Source: an uncultured Candidatus Melainabacteria bacterium
GTDB taxonomy: Bacteria > Cyanobacteriota > Vampirovibrionia > Gastranaerophilales > Gastranaerophilaceae
NCBI GenBank assembly: GCA_934693165.1
Contig: CAKUUX010000001.1
Coordinates: 41,206 to 105,205 of the forward strand
Length of the DNA: 64,000 bases
Direction: 5' to 3'
Shown: piece after piece, positions 41,581-48,940 of the stretch
How positions within the stretch are numbered: the first letter of the stretch is position 1
Layout: each line of letters opens with the position of its first letter
The notes under the pieces: generated by a model
What the model saw: only the letters and a program-made list of their open reading frames with translations
The model's database searches: none
What the model was told of the DNA's origin: nothing
Position numbers and translations under genes: made by a program

Positions 41581-42417
41581 TTCATCAAGCAAGGTTGGTG
41601 TTTTAAAGCATTTTGCGTGGTATTTTTTAGTATAAAGTTTGCATTGTTCAGAAATTTTTTCACATCTATCTTCATCAATATCTTCTGCAGGGTAAGATGT
41701 GTCCGAACATATTGCCCAAACCCAATATCCTCCAGGATATGTTGGAAGTGGTGAAGAATATGCTTCAACAACATTGAATTCTTCTAAAAGGAGTTTGTAT
41801 AATGATAATGAATCTTCATCCTTTGTTACAGGTGATTCAGACTGAACAACTAAAATACCATTTTTTCTCATAGAAGCTTTGATGTTGTCATAGAATTGGT
41901 TAGTAAATTCTCCAACCCCAGGTCCAAGAGGTGTTGGTGTGCAAATAATGATTACATCGAACATGTCTTTTTTGTCCTTGATATATTCAAATGCATCCAT
42001 AATCAATACTTCAACTCTAGGATCATCCAATCCACTTGAGATTGATGGTAAATATTTTCTGCAAGTATTTACAACCATTTCGTCAATGTCAACGATAACA
42101 ACTTTTTCAATAGTATCATGTTTTAAAATTTCTTTTGCAGTAGTTCCTGTTCCACCACCAATTACTAAAACGTTTTTAGGACATTTGTGGTTTAAAAGAG
42201 GAACATGAGTTACCATTTCACTGTAATAATATTCATCACCTTCTGTTGCATACATTAGACCGTTTAGCGTAAGCATTTTACCTAATTGAGAATCAGTGTC
42301 AATGATTTCAATTTTTTGGTATTTAGATTGTTCTGAAAAAAGAACACTCTTAATTTTTATTGCAATACCAAAGCCTGAAGGCGTTAATTCTCTATAATAT
42401 TGACCTTTATTTGTCAT
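41572..42417 (-). CDS. speE: Spermidine synthase (polyamine aminopropyltransferase).
   Basis: VLVIGGGTGTTAKEILKH..VVIVDIDEMVVNTCRKYLP..DPRVEVLIMDAF are SpeE family signatures. Confidence 0.8.
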   Translation of the reverse strand: MTNKGQYYRELTPSGFGIAIKIKSVLFSEQSKYQKIEIIDTDSQLGKMLTLNGLMYATEGDEYYYSEMVTHVPLLNHKCPKNVLVIGGGTGTTAKEILKHDTIEKVVIVDIDEMVVNTCRKYLPSISSGLDDPRVEVLIMDAFEYIKDKKDMFDVIIICTPTPLGPGVGEFTNQFYDNIKASMRKNGILVVQSESPVTKDEDSLSLYKLLLEEFNVVEAYSSPLPTYPGGYWVWAICSDTSYPAEDIDEDRCEKISEQCKLYTKKYHAKCFKTPTLLDELK

Positions 42418-42441
42418 TTTTAATCCTTTATATTGTGACCA

Positions 42442-42750
42442 TTATTGAGCTAAAATATGAGCATGGAAGTGGAAAACTTCTTGCCCTGCAGATTTTCCTG
42501 TGTTAATAACAGTTTTATATTCAGCTATATTCATCTTTTTGCAAACTGCTTTTATCCCTTTGAAGATTTCACTCATAAGTTTTTCATCTTCAATTTCATT
42601 TAAATTTGCTACATGTTCTTTTGTGATAACAAGTAGATGAATAGGGGCTTTCGGATTAATATCTCTGATTACAAATAAGTAGTCATTTTCATATAAGAAC
42701 TCACTAGGAATTTCTTTATTTGCTATTTTACAAAATATACAATCTTTCAT
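42442..42750 (-). CDS. HIT-family (histidine triad) nucleotide hydrolase.
   Basis: 102 aa with the C-terminal HFHAHI histidine triad. Confidence 0.8.
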   Translation of the reverse strand: MKDCIFCKIANKEIPSEFLYENDYLFVIRDINPKAPIHLLVITKEHVANLNEIEDEKLMSEIFKGIKAVCKKMNIAEYKTVINTGKSAGQEVFHFHAHILAQ

Positions 42751-42796
42751 AGCAGATATTTTACCTTAAATTTTTATAAAATTCAACAATGTTACT

Positions 42797-43327
42797 TTAT
42801 TTTATCAATTGTTGAACTTCTTTGAAATGAGGATTTTTAGAAGATTCCAAAAGTTCAAATAGAGCGATTTCAACACAAGAAATCTTAATGCCATTTTGGC
42901 GCATTAAGTCTATTCCTGTGTTGTAATCATATTCTTTTCTACTTTTGCAAGCATCTTTTATTAAATATACTTCATAACCTTTTTTGATTAAATCCATTGC
43001 TGTTTGGTAAACACAAATATGAGTTTCAATACCAAATAAGACTATTTGTTTTTTGTGAAATAATCTTATCATATCAAGTGCGTCATCTTCTTTTAATAAA
43101 GAAAATGCCGTCTTTTCAATATATTTTTGTTTATCGTTTTTAAGTTCAGCTAAAGTTTGACCAAGACCTTTTGGGTATTGTTCACTTACAAGTACTGGGA
43201 TATTTAATATTTCTGCTGTTTTAATGATTTTTTCTGCTTGTTTAACTTCGTTTTGTGCATTTGTTGCATTTACAAGTTTTTCTTGCATGTCAATCATTAT
43301 TACTAAAGCGTCAGATGCTTTTAACAT
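42797..43327 (-). CDS. Isochorismatase-family cysteine hydrolase.
   Basis: ALVIMIDMQ, KQIVLFGIETHICV (catalytic Cys), and a YcaC/PncA-like fold. Confidence 0.7.
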   Translation of the reverse strand: MLKASDALVIMIDMQEKLVNATNAQNEVKQAEKIIKTAEILNIPVLVSEQYPKGLGQTLAELKNDKQKYIEKTAFSLLKEDDALDMIRLFHKKQIVLFGIETHICVYQTAMDLIKKGYEVYLIKDACKSRKEYDYNTGIDLMRQNGIKISCVEIALFELLESSKNPHFKEVQQLIK

Positions 43328-43350
43328 TTTTATTGTTCCTTTTCTTTATT

Positions 43351-44805
43351 TTATTCTGAAATGTCTTCGCTGTTTTCAAGAAGTTGGTTAAGTTGTTTTG
43401 CAGAGATTCTTGGTTGGTTAATTGTTGCATTACCACCACAACAACCACTTTCACAGCTCATAACTTCTACAATATTGCAATTTGGACATTCGTTTTTTGT
43501 AGCATATTGTTTAAGTTCCTTGATTGTAGCTTTGTTTAAACCATTAATAATACATGGTTTAGCATCAGGTGCTAAGAATTGTACTGCTTTTGCAACACCA
43601 CCTGATACACCAAAGTTTCTACCTTGTTTAGAACTTGTTGTTTCAAATTGTGTTTCTTCGCAATTTAATACGTCGATTTGTCGACCAATGAATAATGCGC
43701 CAAGTTCTTCGTAGCTCATTACAAAGTCAACGTTGTCATTTGCTTTACCTTCTGAACGTTTTGCAACACATGGGCTTACAAATACTGCAATTGTTTCAGG
43801 TTCTGCTTTTTTAACAAGTTCTGCTGTATAGTAAAGAGGTGTTTTTGTTGTTGAAACAAAAGGTTTAATTTCTGGTAAATGCTTTGCAACAAGGTTGTTG
43901 TAAGCTGCACAACAAGAAGTTGTCATAAAGCTTGCGCCTTCTTCCATTCTTTCTTTAAATTCTGCAGCTTCATTTTTTGTTGTTATGTCTGCCCCTTGTG
44001 CTACTTCAATAACATCATCAAATCCAGCTTTTACTATAGCTGTTTTTAATTGATAAAGTGTCCCTGGGAATTGTCCAACGATTGATGGTGCAATCATTGC
44101 TACAACTTTTTTATCAGATTTAATTGCTTTTAAGATATCAATTAATTGACTCTTTTCGTGTACTGCGCCAAATGGGCATGCTGCAATACATTTACCACAG
44201 CTAATACATTTTTCAAAATCGATACTTGCAAAACCAGTTTCGTCTTTTGAAATAGCACCAACAGGACATGCTGCTTCACATGGAACAGTTGTTTGTACTA
44301 TTGCACTATATGGGCATGCATTCATACACATTTTACATTTTTTGCATTTTGTTGTATCGATGTGAGATTTGCCGTCTACGATTGAAATAGCACCAAACTT
44401 ACATGTTTTTTCGCAAGGTCTTGCAACACAGCCTTGGCATAAATCTGTTACGTGAATTTGACTAGGTACACAACCTTTGCAAGCTGCTTGTAATACTGTC
44501 AAATTTCTATTATCTAATTCTGTTCTTTTTAAAGCTTCTTTTGCATAAGTGTGAAGTGATTTTCTTTCATCATCTTCTTCAATTTGGAAACCAAGTCCTG
44601 CAATTGCTCTATCTTTAAGAATTGCTCTTTCTTTATAGATACAACATCTATAAGGAACTTCAGCTCCTTTTGGTCTCATATCATAGGGGATTAGTCTTGT
44701 ATTTTCTGCAAAATCTTCTGAAAAGAATGCTTTTACAAGTCTAATTAAAATTTCTTTTTTTAAATGTATTGATTGTGCGTTATTATTCATTTTCCTGTCT
44801 TCCAT
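43351..44805 (-). CDS. [FeFe]-hydrogenase catalytic-subunit-like protein (HydA-like) with N-terminal ferredoxin-type FeS clusters and divergent H-cluster motifs.
   Basis: Several CxxCxxCxxxCP ferredoxin motifs (CKKCKMCMNACP, CISCGKCIAACP). The H-domain motifs are L1 TSCCAAY (canonical TSCCPxW), L2 SPCVAKRSE (canonical MPCxxKxxE), and L3 EVMSCESGCCGG (canonical ExMxCxxGCxxGG). Confidence 0.75.
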   Translation of the reverse strand: MEDRKMNNNAQSIHLKKEILIRLVKAFFSEDFAENTRLIPYDMRPKGAEVPYRCCIYKERAILKDRAIAGLGFQIEEDDERKSLHTYAKEALKRTELDNRNLTVLQAACKGCVPSQIHVTDLCQGCVARPCEKTCKFGAISIVDGKSHIDTTKCKKCKMCMNACPYSAIVQTTVPCEAACPVGAISKDETGFASIDFEKCISCGKCIAACPFGAVHEKSQLIDILKAIKSDKKVVAMIAPSIVGQFPGTLYQLKTAIVKAGFDDVIEVAQGADITTKNEAAEFKERMEEGASFMTTSCCAAYNNLVAKHLPEIKPFVSTTKTPLYYTAELVKKAEPETIAVFVSPCVAKRSEGKANDNVDFVMSYEELGALFIGRQIDVLNCEETQFETTSSKQGRNFGVSGGVAKAVQFLAPDAKPCIINGLNKATIKELKQYATKNECPNCNIVEVMSCESGCCGGNATINQPRISAKQLNQLLENSEDISE

Positions 44806-44835
44806 ACCTTAAAATTTACATACAAAATTATACTA

Positions 44836-45093
44836 TTATTTATTTAAAATTTCATTAATTTTTTCTAAAACTTTTTCAGTTGTAGCTTCAGAAATTATTT
44901 CGTCATTTACTCGTACATAAGGAGCTTTTGAATATTCTGTATTTTTTGAACACATTTCTAAGCATGTACTTCCGTTTATTTCAACTTTATCTCCATATTT
45001 TCTTGGTACGATGTCTATTAATTCTTGCAAATGAGAGCCACCCATTACAAAACACGTTGTTCCTAAGCATACGTCAACTTTAATCTTTTCCAT
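44836..45093 (-). CDS. Thioredoxin-like [2Fe-2S] ferredoxin (NuoE/HydC-like small protein).
   Basis: 85 aa. Cys pattern CLGTTC ... CLEMC (Cx4C...Cx3C) is typical of the thioredoxin-like 2Fe-2S family. Confidence 0.6.
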   Translation of the reverse strand: MEKIKVDVCLGTTCFVMGGSHLQELIDIVPRKYGDKVEINGSTCLEMCSKNTEYSKAPYVRVNDEIISEATTEKVLEKINEILNK

Positions 45094-45102
45094 ATTTTCT
45101 CC

Positions 45103-46260
45103 TTACATGTACTGTATTATTACTTTTTTAAAATATTTATTTTCCAGAATGTCTGAAATCTTTTTTATGACATTTTTACGAATTTCAATTTCAATAGGTA
45201 AATTGGGGTCGTAATGTGCCTGATTTAATTTTGCACCAACCATAAAGGTTATGCAATCTGTATCTAACATAAATTTTACAAGAGCACCTGCTGCATCATC
45301 CTGAAATTCGCCTGTATCAAGGTATTCACATGCTTTTGTTAAGGTTAAGATACCTTCTGTTACTAGGTCTATTCCTTCCATATAAGATATTGCAGGAAGT
45401 TTTCCAACGCTCAAGTTAATATTAGTTTTGATAGGAATATTTAATTCTCTTGAAACTAAATTTGCTGTTGTTCCCCCAGAAATAGCTTTTTTGCCATTGA
45501 AATCCATTAGGGCTTGAGCATAGAACTTATCTTTTGCCTGATGATATGGTGGACCTGTAAATACTACGGCGTTTCTTGGTTCTCTATAATAAACACAAAC
45601 TGCTGATATATCGTCTTTTGCTTTTCTATCAGGTTCTTTCAGAATAGCTTGTTTTACAATTCTTTTTGCTAAGTTTGAGCTAGAAATATTAGGTTCTTTC
45701 TCTAATTCTTTTTTTACAATTTCAATTAAACCTTCTCGTCGTAATCCAAGTCTTAGGTCTTTTGTTCCTAATGCTGCTTGAGTTACGCCGTCTGAGCAAA
45801 ATACTAATCTATCATTTGTTTGCATTTTTAAATGATAAATATGCATGTGTCTATTTGGAAATTCTTTTGATGTAAGAATTTCAAATTCTGGTTCTAAAAC
45901 TTCGCCGTTTCTTATCCATAAAAATTGTGGATTTCCTTCTTCTACAATTTTTGCGTTTCCATCTTCATTGCAATCAAGCGCTGAAAAAGTTGAGTAACTT
46001 ATTTTTCTAACCTGACATACTGGAAGAGAGTTCATAACTGTTTCACATGCTTTTTTAATGCTTGTTCCTTCTTCCATAAATTTAAGTAACATTGTTGATG
46101 TCATGCAAGCTAAAATATTGGCTTTTATTCCACTTCCTAATCCGTCAGAAAGTACTGCCAAAAGTCTTCCTGAATCAGTAAAACGTTTTGAAGTGAAATA
46201 ATCCCCAAAAGTGTTTTGGTTATATTTTTTTTCTTGCGCAACGTCGATGTCGATAAACAT
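45103..46260 (-). CDS. PP2C/SpoIIE-type serine phosphatase with a C-terminal domain of unknown function.
   Basis: LAVLSDGLGSGIKANI and RLVFCSDGVTQAALG are the PP2C metal-binding Asp motifs. The gene overlaps the HydS stop by 1 nt. Confidence 0.6.
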   Translation of the reverse strand: MFIDIDVAQEKKYNQNTFGDYFTSKRFTDSGRLLAVLSDGLGSGIKANILACMTSTMLLKFMEEGTSIKKACETVMNSLPVCQVRKISYSTFSALDCNEDGNAKIVEEGNPQFLWIRNGEVLEPEFEILTSKEFPNRHMHIYHLKMQTNDRLVFCSDGVTQAALGTKDLRLGLRREGLIEIVKKELEKEPNISSSNLAKRIVKQAILKEPDRKAKDDISAVCVYYREPRNAVVFTGPPYHQAKDKFYAQALMDFNGKKAISGGTTANLVSRELNIPIKTNINLSVGKLPAISYMEGIDLVTEGILTLTKACEYLDTGEFQDDAAGALVKFMLDTDCITFMVGAKLNQAHYDPNLPIEIEIRKNVIKKISDILENKYFKKVIIQYM

Positions 46261-47984
46261 TACAATTCTTCTCCGTCGTCATCAGAATTATCGTTAGAAT
46301 AGTCTTCTGCAATAGAATTTAGAAGAACTTCCGTTTCAACCATGTGTTCACCCAATAAACATGCTATTTCTTGAACTTTTGTGATGTTCTTTTTAATAAC
46401 TTCTCTTGCTTTTGTTGCAATTTTTTCTCTATCAATTTCGGCTTTTGTTACATCAGTTATTACTGCACCTACGATTTCGCCGTCTTCAATTGTAAAAGCG
46501 TTTATATCATATAATTTGTTTTTAACTTGGTAATGCGATTTATGAATATCCCCACCAGATTTTAGTAATTGGCTGAAAATATCGCTAAAAGAGATTATTC
46601 TATCAATTGATGCACCCGATAAACCTTCTTTTCTTGAGGCAAAAATTTCGTACATATCGCCACAGAACATTTTCATAAAAGCGTCGTTTGCTTCTACAAT
46701 GTTCAAATCTTTATCTACCATAACAATGGCTGATGGCATGCATCTAAGCATTGCTGCTGCTTTTCGCATTGCAATTTTTCGCATATAAGAAATACACATT
46801 GAAGGTTCGGCGTCACCCTTAACAAGCGCTTTTGCCATATCTCTACATGTTGAATATCCACATCCACCACAGTTTAATTCGTCATCTGGCGTATGTTTAC
46901 CAATTTTTTTCAATGCATTTGTTATGTCTGCGAATTTAACGTCATCTTCGATAACTGGTTTGCTTACATATTCTTTTTCAAAAACTGTTTCAGCTATCTT
47001 AGGAATTTCATCCCTATGTTTTATTTTAGATAAAATATCTGTCGTGATAGCAAGTCCAGCCTTTTTGCTAGAAATACAAGGTCCATTTATACAACCTGTT
47101 TCACAAGATAGGGCTTCTACAAAAATTTTATTGTTAATAGAGTTAATGTTTAAGCCTTCCATTGTTTTATCGAAGGTTTCTAATCCACTGATTTTAACAA
47201 GTGATATATCATCATTTATTCCAACTTCTTTAATCGTATCAATCATTCCACCTTCAATTGGGTATAATGCCCCTTCAAAAGCTTCTTCTGGAACGAATTT
47301 ATCGCTAGATTTTACTTCAATTTCGTTTATGTTGATAAATTCTTCACTTATCCAGTAGTTTAATTCTTCAAAAGTTAAAGCTACATCAATAAAATCAGGG
47401 TTTGAATCGGCTTCGTTTTTCTTTCCGATACAAGGTCCAATAAATACAATACTGATATTATCACCGTATTTTTCCTTCAACATTTTGGCGTGAGTTAAAG
47501 CTGGTGATGCAACGGGTGTAATATATTTTGCAAGTTCAGGTTTGTAATATCTTATATAGTCGACAATTACAGGGCATGCGCTTGAAATATATAATCCGTT
47601 TTCGCCTTCATTAAGCATTTCTGCTGTTTTAATTGAAACTTGTTGAGCACCTAAAGCTGTTTCACTCACTGCATAAAAACCCAGTTTTTTAAGCACTGCA
47701 ACCATTTGTTGTTGTGTTAGGTCATAAATACCTGACCAACTTGGAGCAAGTGATACATATACTTGTTTTTGAGCTGTTATCAGAGTTTTAACTTTATCAA
47801 TATCACTTCTAACTTTTTTAGCACCAGAAGGACAAACCTTTACACAGTGTCCACAAGCGATACATTTATCTTTGATTACAGAGGCACTGCCGTCTTGAAA
47901 TTTAATAGCTTTAATATGGCATTCTCTTACACATTTATAACAGTCATGGCATTCATTTTTTAATGTATAAACTGGATATGTCAT
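46260..47984 (-). CDS. hydS: Sensory (group C) [FeFe]-hydrogenase HydS: ferredoxin domain, H-cluster domain, and a C-terminal PAS domain with an accessory 4Fe-4S motif.
   Basis: N-terminal CHDCYKCVREC and CIACGHCVKVCP. H-domain motifs SSACPVIV (L1 variant), GPCIGKKNEA (L2), FVEALSCETGCINGPC (L3). Then NCGGCGYSTC-x16-C, an exact Cx2Cx4Cx16C, followed by a PAS fold (MLRCMPSAIVMVDKDLNIVEANDAFMKMF...). Confidence 0.8.
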   Translation of the reverse strand: MTYPVYTLKNECHDCYKCVRECHIKAIKFQDGSASVIKDKCIACGHCVKVCPSGAKKVRSDIDKVKTLITAQKQVYVSLAPSWSGIYDLTQQQMVAVLKKLGFYAVSETALGAQQVSIKTAEMLNEGENGLYISSACPVIVDYIRYYKPELAKYITPVASPALTHAKMLKEKYGDNISIVFIGPCIGKKNEADSNPDFIDVALTFEELNYWISEEFININEIEVKSSDKFVPEEAFEGALYPIEGGMIDTIKEVGINDDISLVKISGLETFDKTMEGLNINSINNKIFVEALSCETGCINGPCISSKKAGLAITTDILSKIKHRDEIPKIAETVFEKEYVSKPVIEDDVKFADITNALKKIGKHTPDDELNCGGCGYSTCRDMAKALVKGDAEPSMCISYMRKIAMRKAAAMLRCMPSAIVMVDKDLNIVEANDAFMKMFCGDMYEIFASRKEGLSGASIDRIISFSDIFSQLLKSGGDIHKSHYQVKNKLYDINAFTIEDGEIVGAVITDVTKAEIDREKIATKAREVIKKNITKVQEIACLLGEHMVETEVLLNSIAEDYSNDNSDDDGEEL

Positions 47985-48221
47985 TTATGATAAACCTTTC
48001 AATAATGAGTTTAATACTTCTGGAGTAACGTTAGAATAATGTTTTCCGTCAATGTACAAATTAGGGCCATCTGCACATTTTCCTTCGCAATGAGAGCCAA
48101 CAAGTTCAATTTTTGCATCTAAACCATTTTCTTTTATATAATTCTCAATAGTTTCTACGTTTTGAGAATTTCCTCTTGCGAAACAAGCGCTTCCCATGCA
48201 TATCTTAATTTCTGTAGTCAT
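47985..48221 (-). CDS. Thioredoxin-like [2Fe-2S] ferredoxin.
   Basis: 78 aa. CMGSAC ... CEGKC (Cx4C...Cx3C). Its stop codon abuts the HydS start codon. Confidence 0.6.
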   Translation of the reverse strand: MTTEIKICMGSACFARGNSQNVETIENYIKENGLDAKIELVGSHCEGKCADGPNLYIDGKHYSNVTPEVLNSLLKGLS

Positions 48222-48223
48222 TT

Positions 48224-48847
48224 TTAAACCTCATCATCATTGTTGGTGAATTGTAAAAAGTTTCCTATTAAGTTTTCGTTCCAAACTTTTATGCCTTCAG
48301 GAACATCTAAAACGCTTGGTGTAAAGTTCCAAATGTATTTTATTCCAGAATTTGCAAGGTATAATGCTGTGTCATTCGCAAATTCTCTAGGAACTGTTAA
48401 AATTGCAATGTTTACTTTTAATCTTTCTGCTAAATTTGGTAATTTTGAAACATGGAAAATTTCTTTTCCTTTTATTGAATTACCAACTTTTAATGGGTCA
48501 TTATCAAATAGGGCTAGTATATTTAAACCATAATTTTCAAAATTGTCGTATTTTGCAAGTGCCATACCCAAGTTACCTGCACCAACAATAAATACGTCTT
48601 TTACTTTTTTGAAACCTAATGTGTGTTCTATAGAATCTTTTAATTCTTTTACAGAGTATCCAACTTTGCATTTACCAACGTTATTTAAGAATTTTATATC
48701 TTTTCTAACTTGAGAATCATCAACATTAAGTCTTGAACCGATTTGAGGACTAGAAATGAATTCAATGCCTTTTTCATTGTACTCAACTAAAATACAATGA
48801 TAAAGAGTTAATCTATTTATTACTTTGTCTGTTAATTTTGTTTTCAT
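48224..48847 (-). CDS. rex: Redox-sensing transcriptional repressor Rex.
   Basis: N-terminal winged helix (VINRLTLYHCIL), Rossmann NADH-binding fold (VFIVGAGNLGMALA), and a C-terminal domain-swap helix. It is the first gene of the hydrogenase operon. Confidence 0.85.
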   Translation of the reverse strand: MKTKLTDKVINRLTLYHCILVEYNEKGIEFISSPQIGSRLNVDDSQVRKDIKFLNNVGKCKVGYSVKELKDSIEHTLGFKKVKDVFIVGAGNLGMALAKYDNFENYGLNILALFDNDPLKVGNSIKGKEIFHVSKLPNLAERLKVNIAILTVPREFANDTALYLANSGIKYIWNFTPSVLDVPEGIKVWNENLIGNFLQFTNNDDEV

Positions 48848-48889
48848 TTTGTCCTATTTTTGTTGTTATTTTCGATAAGGATTTTTCTA

Positions 48890-48930
48890 TAAAAACCCCA
48901 AACCGACAAAATGTCGGCTTGGAGTTTTTT
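48890..48930 (-). terminator. Rho-independent terminator of adhE.
   Basis: Minus-strand reading: AAAAAACT CCAAGCCGACA-ttt-TGTCGGTTTGG GGTTTTTAT. It lies between the adhE stop and the rex start. Confidence 0.8.
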
Positions 48931-48940
48931 AAGTTATTAA

